From an uncultured Desulfurococcales archaeon (GTDB lineage Archaea > Thermoproteota > Thermoprotei_A > Sulfolobales > WANQ01): DNA of 64,000 nucleotides. How positions within the stretch are numbered: the first letter of the stretch is position 1; the number at the start of each line of letters is the position of its first letter. This document shows positions 16,941-27,340 of the stretch, in pieces. The notes below the pieces were generated by a model. That model had not been told where the DNA came from. It worked only from the letters and a program-made list of their open reading frames with translations, and did not search any database. Made by a program: the position numbers and the translations under genes. The stretch lies in contig CAYXRT010000001.1 of assembly GCA_964467535.1 (NCBI GenBank), forward strand, positions 86,036 to 150,035, in the 5' to 3' direction.

Positions 16941-18407
16941 ATGCTGTTTATTAAAGGAAGTGGTGAAGTGGTGATTCCTATTGTGTTGCGAGTATATAAT
17001 ACATTAACTCGTAGTCTTGAGGTTTTTGAGCCTTTTGAGCCTGGATTAGTAAGAATGTATGTATGTGGACCAACTGTTTATGATTATAGTCACCTAGGAC
17101 ATGCAAGAACATATATAGCATTTGATGTAATTAAAAGATACCTTATATTAAAGGGATATGATGTTGTTCACGTCCAAAATATAACGGATATAGATGATAA
17201 GATAATTAATAGGGCAAGAAATGAAGGAGTTTCATGGAAGGATATAGCTGATAGATATATTAAGGACTACCTTGAAGCTCTAGAAAAGCTTAATATACAT
17301 GTTCATTTACACCCAAGAGTTTCAGAACACATAAATGAAATCATAGAATTTATTCAAGATTTAATAGACAAAGGCTATGCCTATGTAGCTCCTAGTGGCA
17401 GCGTTTACTTTGATGTTGATAAATATGATGATTATGGAAGGCTAAGTAATAGGCTTACCAAGGAATTATGGGGACAAGAAGAAGAATTTATTAAGGAAAA
17501 GAAGAATCCATATGACTTCGCCTTATGGAAGGCCGCTAAACCGGGCGAGCCATGGTGGGAATCACCATGGGGTAGGGGTAGACCTGGATGGCATATTGAG
17601 TGCTCAGTCATGAGTTCAAAGTACCTCGGAGACCAATTTGATATACATGGTGGAGGACAAGATCTTATATTTCCGCATCATGAGAATGAGAGAGCACAAA
17701 GTGAAGCAAGATTTGGTAAAAGACCATGGGTGAAATATTGGCTTCATGCAGGTCTCTTTAGATTTGCTGGAGAGAAGATGAGTAAGAGTTTAGGAAATAT
17801 TATTACCTTAAGGGAGGCGTTTAAGAAGTGGAAGCCTGAAGTAATAAGATTATGGCTTGCTACGATTCATTATAGAAAACCTGTTGACTTTTCTGAAGAA
17901 GCTTTAATTCAAGCTGAAAGAAACTACAATAGGTTGGTAAATGCTATTGAAATTCTTAAAAAGCTTATGGAGGAAGTTGATGTAGATTTTAAGCTTAATG
18001 AAAACGACATAAAGCTTCTTAGGGATTTAATTGCTATTAGGAAAGGTTTCTATAATGCTATGGATGATGACTTTAATGCTAGTGAAGCATTTAGTTATGT
18101 CTATAAACTTACAACAATAGTATTTAAGGAATTAAGCGTTAAACCCAAATACGCATTAATCCTTAAGGCATATAAGCTAATGTGGGAGTTTAATCAAGTA
18201 CTAGGAGTATTAGATAAATACTTTATTGAATCTCCTGTGGAAGCTAATCTAGTCAATAAGCTCATAGAACTTATCATTAACATAAGACAAATACATAGGA
18301 GGAGAAAAGAATACGAAATAGCCGATTGGATTAGAGAGGAATTAGCTAAGCTCAATATAAAGTTATTTGACTATAAAGGCAAAACAACTTGGATTATTGA
18401 GAGGTAA
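16941..18407 (+). CDS. cysS: Cysteinyl-tRNA synthetase
   Basis: [18 protein letters not shown] (HIGH-type motif), KMSKSLGN and WHIECS. The true start may be one of the in-frame GTG/TTG codons at 16968-16986, giving the usual (M)...[10 protein letters not shown]-terminus. Confidence 0.9.
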   Translation: MLFIKGSGEVVIPIVLRVYNTLTRSLEVFEPFEPGLVRMYVCGPTVYDYSHLGHARTYIAFDVIKRYLILKGYDVVHVQNITDIDDKIINRARNEGVSWKDIADRYIKDYLEALEKLNIHVHLHPRVSEHINEIIEFIQDLIDKGYAYVAPSGSVYFDVDKYDDYGRLSNRLTKELWGQEEEFIKEKKNPYDFALWKAAKPGEPWWESPWGRGRPGWHIECSVMSSKYLGDQFDIHGGGQDLIFPHHENERAQSEARFGKRPWVKYWLHAGLFRFAGEKMSKSLGNIITLREAFKKWKPEVIRLWLATIHYRKPVDFSEEALIQAERNYNRLVNAIEILKKLMEEVDVDFKLNENDIKLLRDLIAIRKGFYNAMDDDFNASEAFSYVYKLTTIVFKELSVKPKYALILKAYKLMWEFNQVLGVLDKYFIESPVEANLVNKLIELIINIRQIHRRRKEYEIADWIREELAKLNIKLFDYKGKTTWIIER

Positions 18408-19310
18408 TCATCTAGTACATATGTTTTTTAATGGACAATTACTACATTCATTTCTACTACAATATAGTTTATCATGAACATAGCTTACGGTCTGTATCCA
18501 TCCACTAAGAGGACCATATAACTGAATGCTTGAACCAGTTAAACACTTATCTTTAAATTTACAGTCTATGCAGAAGGCCTTATTTAATAGACACATATTT
18601 TTACTTGGAACAATAATCTCTTTATCCATTAGCTCCAGATAACGTGAAACCCTTTGATAATGAACATCAGAAGGAGTAAATATTGAGCCTCTACAAGTGA
18701 ATAAAAGATATGCATCAATAACTTTAGGACCTACATACTTTAAGTCCATTAAAGCTGCTCTCTCAGACCAGGGACTTACATTACGTAATGTCCTCCTTAA
18801 TTCAATATAACTAGGTATTATCTCACTTAATTGTTTTAACTGGTAACTACTTCCTACGGCTCTCATATTCATTGATTGTATGTTATCTATGTTTTCCTTG
18901 CTTAGTTCAAGGATTTTACGAACCCATTTTATGACACTTACATGATAATTGGCTCTACGAGATAGAAAAGTTGCGATGAATACAAAGTCCCTATCATATG
19001 AACTTACCATAAGCCTTAATCGCTCGTAACATTCAATTATTCTCTCAACTATATACCTTTTACTCCTCTTAACCTTAGATAGGTAATCATAGGGGTTAAA
19101 CCATAAGCCCATCCATTCACTAATAAAAGGTTCACATTCTTCAGAATATGTTATCTCTCTTCCATTCCTATTTACGATTATCTTACAGTTTTTACCAGCT
19201 CCATAGACCTTTACTAATTTGTTATCATACATATTGAATAGAAATGATATGAAGCTTGGATATAGTGATAGTTTTATATCTATAGGTATTTCTAGTTCAA
19301 GTCTCTTCAA
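18408..19310 (-). CDS. HhH-GPD superfamily DNA glycosylase-like protein with C-terminal Fe-S type Cys cluster
   Basis: Helix-hairpin-helix-like LKYVGPKVIDAYLLF. C-terminal CSRNECSNCPLKNIC (C-x4-C-x2-C-x5-C) resembles the EndoIII cluster loop. Confidence 0.45.
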   Translation of the reverse strand: MKRLELEIPIDIKLSLYPSFISFLFNMYDNKLVKVYGAGKNCKIIVNRNGREITYSEECEPFISEWMGLWFNPYDYLSKVKRSKRYIVERIIECYERLRLMVSSYDRDFVFIATFLSRRANYHVSVIKWVRKILELSKENIDNIQSMNMRAVGSSYQLKQLSEIIPSYIELRRTLRNVSPWSERAALMDLKYVGPKVIDAYLLFTCRGSIFTPSDVHYQRVSRYLELMDKEIIVPSKNMCLLNKAFCIDCKFKDKCLTGSSIQLYGPLSGWIQTVSYVHDKLYCSRNECSNCPLKNICTR

Positions 19311-19338
19311 CTTCCATAAACCTATGGTATGATATATT

Positions 19339-20595
19339 TTATGGCTCTAAAATGTCTGGGGTCCTTGGGTATAGAATTGTTTCATGTATTTTATCTAGCT
19401 TTAGCATTGTTTGAAGTAATCTCTCAACGCCTAAGCCAAAGCCTCCGTGAGGTGGAAAACCGTATTTAAACATTTCAAGGTACCATCCAAAGCTTTTAGG
19501 ATTCAATCCTTTAGCCTTCATACGTTCTATAAGTTTTTGTGGATTATGTTCTCTTAATCCTCCAGATGACCATTCAACTCCGTAGGTTCCAGGTCCGAAG
19601 AAGTCTATTCTATGTGCTATTCTAGGATTATCTTCATCAACTTTGTAATAGAAGGCTACTACTCTTTCGGGAAATTCTGTTACAAAGAACGGTGTTGTAA
19701 ATGATTCACATAGTGCTCTTTCTTCTTCAGCACCAAAGTCCTCTCCCCATGGAAGGTCTATTCCTTTTCTCTTTAATATTTCAAGGGCTTCATCATAACC
19801 TATTTTCTCATAATGATTTGGTACTTCAAGCTTAAGCCCTAAAATCTCTAGATCTTTTTCATTTCTTTCTAATACCCTTTCATAAATGTATTTTATAAGA
19901 TTAAATTGTAGGTCCATTAACTCTTCTTTAGTTACCATAGCTGCTTCAACATCTATTTGCCAAAACTCTGTTAGGTGCTTCCTTGTCCTTGATTTTTCAG
20001 CTCTAAATGATGGACCTATAGTAAACACCTTACCGAAGGCAGGTATAGCAGATTGTTTATACAATTGTGCACTTTGAGCTAAGTATGCAGTTCTATCAAA
20101 ATATTTTACTGGAAACAGGTTTGCTCCACCCTCTGTAGCAGTAGCTATAATTATTGGGAATTGAAGTTCAACGAAACCTCTACTTGTTAAAAATTCTCTT
20201 GCTGCTTGTACAACTGTTGCTCTAATTCTAAATATTGCCTTTATCTTAGGCTTACGTATGTCTAGGTATCTATACTTAATTCGTGTAGGGAATTCTGCGG
20301 GTACTTTCTCACTTAAATCTATTGGTAGTGGCTCTGATGGAGCAATAACTTTGATCTCTCTTGCGATGATCTCTCTCCCGAGCTTGGCAATACTGCTTTT
20401 AACCATTAGTCCTTTAACTTCAATAAAATATTCATTACCTAAATCGGCGACTATATTCCATGTTTTTCTATCAACTTCCCTCTTCTTAACAGTTACCTGC
20501 TCAATTCCATCAAATGTTCTGAGAACTATGAAAGCTATGCCCCCAATTCTTCTGATACTCATTACATGCCCGTATACTTTAACATCATTTTGCAA
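19339..20595 (-). CDS. asnS: Class IIb aminoacyl-tRNA synthetase, most likely asparaginyl-tRNA synthetase (AspRS not excluded)
   Basis: N-terminal OB fold, motif 2 FRAEKSRTRKHLTEFWQIDVE (AsnRS-like) and motif 3 HGGFGLGVERLL. Confidence 0.65.
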   Translation of the reverse strand: MQNDVKVYGHVMSIRRIGGIAFIVLRTFDGIEQVTVKKREVDRKTWNIVADLGNEYFIEVKGLMVKSSIAKLGREIIAREIKVIAPSEPLPIDLSEKVPAEFPTRIKYRYLDIRKPKIKAIFRIRATVVQAAREFLTSRGFVELQFPIIIATATEGGANLFPVKYFDRTAYLAQSAQLYKQSAIPAFGKVFTIGPSFRAEKSRTRKHLTEFWQIDVEAAMVTKEELMDLQFNLIKYIYERVLERNEKDLEILGLKLEVPNHYEKIGYDEALEILKRKGIDLPWGEDFGAEEERALCESFTTPFFVTEFPERVVAFYYKVDEDNPRIAHRIDFFGPGTYGVEWSSGGLREHNPQKLIERMKAKGLNPKSFGWYLEMFKYGFPPHGGFGLGVERLLQTMLKLDKIHETILYPRTPDILEP

Positions 20596-20667
20596 CTAAT
20601 TCTACCTCCTACCTAAATCATAAACTATCTAAGAGGTTTAAATATGAATAGTTGTTAATGGGGTGTA

Positions 20668-22044
20668 CTACCTTAATCCTAAAAGATAAGTCGCTATAAT
20701 GAAATATGTCGAAAGTCCTAGAACATCTGTTAATGTTGTTAATAATGGTGCTGAAACAACGGCAGGGTCTGCTTTGATCTTCAATGCTATAAATGGTAGT
20801 GAAACACCTATTAGGCTAGCTATAAGTATTACCAGTACTAATGTTAAGGACACTGATAAGGATACTAGTAGATCCCGGGAAGTTGCCATTGCGATCATGA
20901 AGCCTGCAGGTGCCAGTATTAGTCCTAAGAGAAAAGCTGAAATAGACTCTTTTAATATTACTCTCAGAAAATCTGCAGTTCTCGCTTCACCAATAGCTAA
21001 AGACCTTATAACTAGCGTTGCTGATTGGGAACCTGCATTACCGGCGGTACCAGTTAGGAGAGGTATGAAGAAGGATAGGGCAACAACAGCCGATATAATG
21101 TCCCTGAAATTACTAATAACGGTTATTGTTATAGATTCCATTAAGTATAGGACTATGAGCCAAGTAGCTCTTTTCTTAACTAACTCAGTTATTTTAGCTG
21201 TGAGATAAGCGCCTTTGATTATCTGTATAAGACCACCAAATTTTAATAGATCCTCGGAGGATTCAGCTACAATAACATCGATTATGTCATCAACTGTTAT
21301 TGCTCCAAGCAGTCTACCTTCTAAGTCTACCACCGGTATTTCAGTTAAATCATATCTTATAACGAGCCTAGCTGCTTCTTCTCTATCGGCAAGCGCATTA
21401 ACCGTAATTCTACATGGTAGTGTCACTTCGCCTATTTTCTTGTCTCTTGGTATTGTAAATAAGGACTTAACATCTATCCATCCTTTTAGCTTACCTTCAT
21501 CATCAATTACATATATGTAATTGCTTTTATCATAGTATCCGAACTCGTTTTTAATACTAAATTCTTTAATGACTTCAGCTACGAGCTGTCTTTCGTTGAA
21601 TATTGGTATTCGTGTTGTCATTACTCCTCCGGCTGTTTCGGGAGGATAACCTAGTAACGGTTTTACTTCTTCAAGCTTCCAATAAGGTAGTTCTCTTAAT
21701 ATTTGACGTTTGTAGTATGGTGGTAATTTCTCTATTATATCAGCTAATTCATCAGGAGGTATTTCAGGTGCTATTTTAGCTAATCTCGTAATTCCAATAA
21801 CTTTAATTACATCTAAGAGTACTTCTTCAGGGAGCTTTGCGAGTATTTGAACATATTTATCATTACTTATTAATGCAGCAAGTGTCCTCCTTTTCTCTTC
21901 ATCAAGTCTTAAAAGGATGTCAACTATGTCCTGAGGTGATAGTTGCTTTAGAATTCTACCAACTTTCTCTACCTTACCTTCTTCAATTAGGTCACTAATT
22001 TCATCTACAATAGGCTTTATGTCTACTTTACCGGTCCCTATCAT
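20668..22044 (-). CDS. mgtE: Magnesium transporter MgtE
   Basis: N-domain, tandem CBS region and a C-terminal 5-TM domain with GNAGSQSATLVIR. Confidence 0.88.
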   Translation of the reverse strand: MIGTGKVDIKPIVDEISDLIEEGKVEKVGRILKQLSPQDIVDILLRLDEEKRRTLAALISNDKYVQILAKLPEEVLLDVIKVIGITRLAKIAPEIPPDELADIIEKLPPYYKRQILRELPYWKLEEVKPLLGYPPETAGGVMTTRIPIFNERQLVAEVIKEFSIKNEFGYYDKSNYIYVIDDEGKLKGWIDVKSLFTIPRDKKIGEVTLPCRITVNALADREEAARLVIRYDLTEIPVVDLEGRLLGAITVDDIIDVIVAESSEDLLKFGGLIQIIKGAYLTAKITELVKKRATWLIVLYLMESITITVISNFRDIISAVVALSFFIPLLTGTAGNAGSQSATLVIRSLAIGEARTADFLRVILKESISAFLLGLILAPAGFMIAMATSRDLLVSLSVSLTLVLVILIASLIGVSLPFIALKIKADPAVVSAPLLTTLTDVLGLSTYFIIATYLLGLR

Positions 22045-22188
22045 TCCAACCCCCCTGACCTAGCTTAACCTTTAGCACAATTAATGATTTTCTTGGTATT
22101 TAACTAGAGTATCTTATGCTACTTATAAAAGTTCTCGTGTAGTATCATAATTAAGTGCTAAGGTATATGTTAGTAGAAATAGCTAAAG

Positions 22189-23295
22189 GTGTCTTTAATG
22201 AAAATAGATCGTGCTGATACGTGTAAACTATCCATGTCCATATATGATAATGGTAAACATTATAGTATAAATGCTAAGATATCACTGCAACAAAAGCAGA
22301 GGGACTTGAAGCTCATTTTGACCTCCAGTGCTTTTAATATTATGATCCAAGCTCCGTGGAGCCTATACGATAGAGATGACAACATTCTTCACCTTAAGTC
22401 TAGAAATAATCAAAGAGAAATCAAGTTATCATATAGCATAGAGTCCAAAAGTAGATTATTACCTAGAGATTTATGGTATCCTCTACCTATTCAAATGAAG
22501 TATATGTTATTCGAAATAGAAGCATCAAGTAAAGCACCTGATATTATAATAATTAATGGAAATGAACTTAAAGTTCGTGGATGGGGTGATTACCTATCAA
22601 CGTTTTGGAGAGGGTATGGGCTTAACATAGCATTGTTGAAGAAGAGAAAACCCACTATATTAGATCTTAAGAGAATTATAGCCTTTATGTTACATGATCT
22701 ACATACAGGATATAGCGCCTTATATGAACTAGGACATTTGCTTACTAAATTAAATAATCTTATTTCTCCCAAATATTCAAGAGTTATAGTAGTTGATGAT
22801 GAAGAAGAAACTATTATTCCCCCATTAATTACATTTAATTTTAAATCTAAGAATATAGCTAACCTCTATTTCAATTCAATAGCTGCCATTATTGGTGCAG
22901 ATCCACAAGACTTAGAGAAGCCTATAATCAAAGACTTATGTAGTTACATACTTTATAGACTAGGTGTATACCGTTACTTGTCATCTAATTTATTTAAGTT
23001 AATGGAACTTAAGCTAGGTGAAGAAAAAATACTGGAACTTATTTCGAAGAGTATAGATGAGATAGTCATAGAATTGAAGGATATTGAAAAGCTACTAAAC
23101 TTAAGTACATCCTCTATACCTCAAGTAATCATTGATAAGGAGTACTTAAAGGTTCGTGGAAGGGGCGTTTATATGATTAAAGTTCTTAATCAGAAAATGA
23201 ATATAAGATCACAATACATCATTCCACTGAAAGATGATGAAGTTGAATTGCAACTTGATGGGGATGTGAGGTTAGTGTTAATTAAGCCCCTTTGA
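22189..23295 (+). CDS. Hypothetical protein
   Basis: 368-aa ORF with no recognisable motif. Lys/Ile/Leu-rich, consistent with local coding bias. Confidence 0.45.
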   Translation: MSLMKIDRADTCKLSMSIYDNGKHYSINAKISLQQKQRDLKLILTSSAFNIMIQAPWSLYDRDDNILHLKSRNNQREIKLSYSIESKSRLLPRDLWYPLPIQMKYMLFEIEASSKAPDIIIINGNELKVRGWGDYLSTFWRGYGLNIALLKKRKPTILDLKRIIAFMLHDLHTGYSALYELGHLLTKLNNLISPKYSRVIVVDDEEETIIPPLITFNFKSKNIANLYFNSIAAIIGADPQDLEKPIIKDLCSYILYRLGVYRYLSSNLFKLMELKLGEEKILELISKSIDEIVIELKDIEKLLNLSTSSIPQVIIDKEYLKVRGRGVYMIKVLNQKMNIRSQYIIPLKDDEVELQLDGDVRLVLIKPL

Positions 23296-23299
23296 AGGC

Positions 23300-24055
23300 C
23301 TAATATTCGAATTCCATAGACATATTTAATATACTTAATAATCGTTTAATGTTATTAATAATAGTTTTCCTTACTTCCTCTATATCTAACTCCTTAACCT
23401 TAGCTATGAATTTTAACACCTCTGGTATTAAATTTGATCGTAATATATGTCCTCTATATTCATATGGTCCATCACTTTCAGTTAGTATAATGTCTAGAGA
23501 TGCTTCCTTTAGAATATTTTGGTGCTTTTTCTGAAATAATATTGAGGGGTTTATTGTAATGTAATAATTTTGAGCTTCTATCTCTTTTAGTAGTTGTTTT
23601 GGACCAGTATACCAGTGTATTATTGCCACCTTTATATTATATTTCATTAACTCATTAAGTACCTCTTTCCAAGCGCCTAAAGCATGAACGTTTACTATGA
23701 CATTTCCTAACGTGTTTACGAGTTCTAAGAATTTTTTAAATACAATCCTTTGAAGTTCAAATGTATTTGATTTAAATTTTTTATCTAATCCTATTTCTCC
23801 TATCATTTTAGGCCTAGAATTTAATGCTAATTCTATGATATTATTCACATCATCTAAACTTACTTCATAACCTATACTCCAAGGATGTGCCCCAACACCA
23901 CCTATAATGTTATTATACTTTGACTCTAATTCTATATTTCTAAGAGAAGACCTATAGTCATCACCTACACTTAATAGAAGGATTTGCTTATATTGATTTA
24001 ACTCATTCAGTGAGTATTCATATGCATGACAGTGGGCATCAACATACTTTAACAA
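23300..24055 (-). CDS. tatD: TatD-family metal-dependent hydrolase/DNase
   Basis: The start YVDAHCHAY (HxH), GEIGLD and the later H/D/E ligand pattern are typical of TatD. Confidence 0.75.
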   Translation of the reverse strand: MLKYVDAHCHAYEYSLNELNQYKQILLLSVGDDYRSSLRNIELESKYNNIIGGVGAHPWSIGYEVSLDDVNNIIELALNSRPKMIGEIGLDKKFKSNTFELQRIVFKKFLELVNTLGNVIVNVHALGAWKEVLNELMKYNIKVAIIHWYTGPKQLLKEIEAQNYYITINPSILFQKKHQNILKEASLDIILTESDGPYEYRGHILRSNLIPEVLKFIAKVKELDIEEVRKTIINNIKRLLSILNMSMEFEY

Positions 24056-24091
24056 GAAGGAGTAGGCACCCCTTATTACGATTATATAGAG

Positions 24092-24565
24092 TTACTTTAA
24101 TGCTACGTGTAAGCTGCTTCTTGTGGCTTTTAGTCCTGGCTCTCCGTGTTGTACTCTTTTACATGTCATGCTGAATTCTCCTAGGTAATGTCCTATCATT
24201 TCGGGTACTATCTTTACTGGTATGAATTCCTTACCATTGTATACAGCAATAGTTAATCCTATCATTTCTGGAAGTATTATCATGTCTCTTACATGAGTCT
24301 TTATTACAACCTTCTTTCCTTGAGCTAGCAGTTTCCTGGCCTTTCTAATTTTTTCTAGTAACCTTCTCTGTTGAGGTGTAAACCCTCTCTTTAGACTCCT
24401 TCTTTGCCTTGCTGGGAGTAATTTGATAAATTCGTCCATGGGCATAGTTAGTAGTTCTTCTAGAGTCTTACCTCTATATCTAAAGTTCCTCCATTCATGG
24501 GGTATTTCAAATCCTAGTATCTTTGTTATGTCTGCGATCCTCCCACTTGCACTTCTTGATGGCAT
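24092..24565 (-). CDS. rps19p: 30S ribosomal protein S19 (uS19)
   Basis: [16 protein letters not shown]...[13 protein letters not shown]...VYNGKEF...GHYLGEF...HGEPG. Start placed at Met56 of the listed ORF, because the 5' extension overlaps the divergent gene. Confidence 0.88.
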   Translation of the reverse strand: MPSRSASGRIADITKILGFEIPHEWRNFRYRGKTLEELLTMPMDEFIKLLPARQRRSLKRGFTPQQRRLLEKIRKARKLLAQGKKVVIKTHVRDMIILPEMIGLTIAVYNGKEFIPVKIVPEMIGHYLGEFSMTCKRVQHGEPGLKATRSSLHVALK

Positions 24566-24708
24566 TCTAAACACCCTTCCCTTAGGTATTATCACACTAG
24601 ATTCGAGTTTAAACCTTATCTGTATGTCCTTAAATAAGCTTATCGTTTTTAATGTTGTAGGTTCTTTATAAGTCGTCGGGCCTCTCTCAGTTATGAGGAA
24701 GGATACTA

Positions 24709-25302
24709 GTGCTACGTAGGTTATTTTCATGGTGGTTAAGTAAGTGCAAGATATTTATTGTAGGATGTATATTAGTACTCATACTTGGAATAGCTTTTGG
24801 TTCTATTTTCTGGCCCCTTTTTGGGGAACTTATAAGAGGGGTTGCAAAGAGATTTATTGGTCTAAGGCCTTTTACACTTGAAATGTTCATCTATATCCTA
24901 ATCAATAACATCTCAATATTATGTGTATGGATTTTTATAATAGGAGGATTAACGGTCTTATTACCTTACATGATCTTACTGATTAACGCTGTTACATTAG
25001 GTTCCTTTGTAAGCTACATGCATGTAACGTATGGTATAGACATGTTAGTAATGTTGTTGCTACTCATACCTCACGGTATCTTTGAGATTACTGCCATCAT
25101 TATGGGGGTTTCATGTTCAGCATTCTTTGGTATTAATGTTTGGAAGATGGTGCTAAAGAAAAAGCCGCTTAGTGAATTGAAAATCGACTTCATTAATGTA
25201 ATTAAGATGATAGCATTTGCCTCTATACTAATGGTTCTTGCTGCTCTTGTTGAAACATATATTACTCCACTTTTTTACTTTCTCTTTTCAAGTAGGTTTT
25301 AA
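24709..25302 (+). CDS. SpoIIM/DUF95-family integral membrane protein
   Basis: Multi-TM protein with the [13 protein letters not shown] motif characteristic of DUF95. Confidence 0.55.
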   Translation: MLRRLFSWWLSKCKIFIVGCILVLILGIAFGSIFWPLFGELIRGVAKRFIGLRPFTLEMFIYILINNISILCVWIFIIGGLTVLLPYMILLINAVTLGSFVSYMHVTYGIDMLVMLLLLIPHGIFEITAIIMGVSCSAFFGINVWKMVLKKKPLSELKIDFINVIKMIAFASILMVLAALVETYITPLFYFLFSSRF

Positions 25303-27335
25303 ACCCAATATTTCATTAATATTCTTGGTATCTTCATAGGGTCTTCAACAACATGTACCTTGCCTCCAATACCTATAATCTTATGGGCTTCACCTTCATC
25401 ATAGCTTGGAGGGACAATGCACACGACCTGCCATCCGTTTTTAATGATTCGTTCAATGATTTTATGTGGTTGAATGTCTTTAACTGTTTGCTTTAAATCA
25501 GTTATTAATATAAGGGTTTGAGGTCTAATGGATTTAGATGCTTCAACTAATGCCCTTGATATGTTTGTTAGCCCTGTAAAACTTGCAGATAACAATATAT
25601 CAACAACTTTATGGAGAGGTGTTCTCCCATAAATATCAATTACGCTTACATCCTTAGAGAATAAGACTAATCTACTAATGGATCCTATAAATGTTGATGC
25701 TGCCAACAGGGTCCATGTTGCATAGTCTCTCATACTGCCACTTATATCTACTACAAGAACTAATTTTCGTCTTCTAACTTTATCCCTGTAAATTAGTGGT
25801 TGTGAAGACCAGTGTAATAGTCTTTCAATTGTTTTTCTAAGATCAAGTTTGTGTGTTCTGTGTTGTGTCTTTTTAAAGCCTATAATCACGGATGATCTTA
25901 TTCTTCTCCTTGTCTTAAACCATAGCCTTAATGCTTGTATTAGTATCATTCTCTTGAGCTTGGGGTCAGTGGAATTAGTATACATTTTTTGAAGTATATG
26001 CATTGCTTCATTAAAGCTTAATCTCTTAGTTAATGATTCTACAGCAAGTAATGGTCTTTCAGTCTTGATAGCATTTATTATAGTTTGGGTAACCTTAACT
26101 AATTCCATAGTTTTATAAATCAATGGATCGAGTTCTTCCTCGTAACCTGATGTTATCAATTCCCTTAACTTCTTCAAACTTGAATATAAGAGATACTCAG
26201 AATACTCTAAATAAGCTTCACCTGCTCCTTCCACTAATGCTTGTAAAGCTTTATCGTATGCCTGAGCTATTTGAGACATAAGGTATATGTAATTACTTGA
26301 CTTACCCAAATGTACTGTAGCTGATTTAGATATATGAGTAAGGGCCTTAAATGGGAGTTTATTTAGTAATTCTATTACCTCATCTAACTTCATATTTCTT
26401 AGAAGGTATGGTAAGAGTATTTGTTGTTGTTCCGGAGAGAGCCTTAATATTATGCTTGGCAGATACTTTGATTTACTAATTACAGATGATTGAACGACTC
26501 TGGGATTTGATTTGAGTAGAGTCTCTACATTATGTTCATTAAGTAGATTAAAATGATTTAGTAAGTTTAGTACATCATATATGTTTGAAACATTTATACC
26601 TGTATTTAGCCTAAGTGCTATTAATTCCGCGGCCTTTTTGGCAAGCCTATAATTTTTGTTTTTTAAGGCCTCAATACCCAGTCTTGCAAGTTTGCTTGTA
26701 TCGAGTTTTTCCAAGTACTTGAAGTCTAAGTCTATATAGAGAGCTGATCCTTCATCACTTATTTTATGTATAGATATTCTTTGAAGCTTATGAATCCATT
26801 CATTGCTTGCAGCCTCTACTATATTATAATATCCTCTTTCTACAAGTTTTTCAATTAGCTTATATGCTTCATCTCTACTTACTACTTTTGAACTACCGCT
26901 TTTCGTCTTCCTTATTATACCAAGTCTTTTAAGTAATGCATAAGCTCTTCTCTTTCTTTCTCTTTGAGTCCTCGTCCCTCTTTCAAGGATTTTTCTTGTT
27001 GATGCTATTTTTTCATTAAATGAAAGACCTAGTATCTTAAGTTCTTTTTCAATATCCCTCATCATCATTTCAACGATTCTGTACTTATTTATGACTACCT
27101 TTCTCCAAGCATCTTCGAATAATGCCTCATCCCTACTTCGTTTTATTAAGATTGATTTAAGAACCCATTTAATGTCATTTAAGTCTAATTCTTCAGCTCT
27201 ATTATATCCAATTAAATTAGCATACGAATTAAGGATATTATATGCTTCTATAGCTTCTGAAGTACCTACTTTAATGCCATTTCTCCTTAACTCTATTACG
27301 AGGTTTAATAGAAATATCCTTAGATCTTTTATCAT
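25299..27335 (-). CDS. VWA domain protein (CoxE-like), partner of the upstream MoxR ATPase
   Basis: C-terminal MIDAS-type motif LVLVVDISGSMRD. CoxE-like N-terminus (FLLNLVIELRRNGIKVGTSEAIEA). Located 5 nt downstream of the AAA+ gene. Confidence 0.65.
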   Translation of the reverse strand: MIKDLRIFLLNLVIELRRNGIKVGTSEAIEAYNILNSYANLIGYNRAEELDLNDIKWVLKSILIKRSRDEALFEDAWRKVVINKYRIVEMMMRDIEKELKILGLSFNEKIASTRKILERGTRTQRERKRRAYALLKRLGIIRKTKSGSSKVVSRDEAYKLIEKLVERGYYNIVEAASNEWIHKLQRISIHKISDEGSALYIDLDFKYLEKLDTSKLARLGIEALKNKNYRLAKKAAELIALRLNTGINVSNIYDVLNLLNHFNLLNEHNVETLLKSNPRVVQSSVISKSKYLPSIILRLSPEQQQILLPYLLRNMKLDEVIELLNKLPFKALTHISKSATVHLGKSSNYIYLMSQIAQAYDKALQALVEGAGEAYLEYSEYLLYSSLKKLRELITSGYEEELDPLIYKTMELVKVTQTIINAIKTERPLLAVESLTKRLSFNEAMHILQKMYTNSTDPKLKRMILIQALRLWFKTRRRIRSSVIIGFKKTQHRTHKLDLRKTIERLLHWSSQPLIYRDKVRRRKLVLVVDISGSMRDYATWTLLAASTFIGSISRLVLFSKDVSVIDIYGRTPLHKVVDILLSASFTGLTNISRALVEASKSIRPQTLILITDLKQTVKDIQPHKIIERIIKNGWQVVCIVPPSYDEGEAHKIIGIGGKVHVVEDPMKIPRILMKYWV

Positions 27336-27340
27336 CTTCT

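Noticed and set aside
24566-24730. 55-codon N-terminal extension of the uS19 ORF
   Set aside because: The extension has no counterpart in uS19 proteins and overlaps the divergently transcribed SpoIIM-like gene start. The internal Met gives a normal-length archaeal S19.
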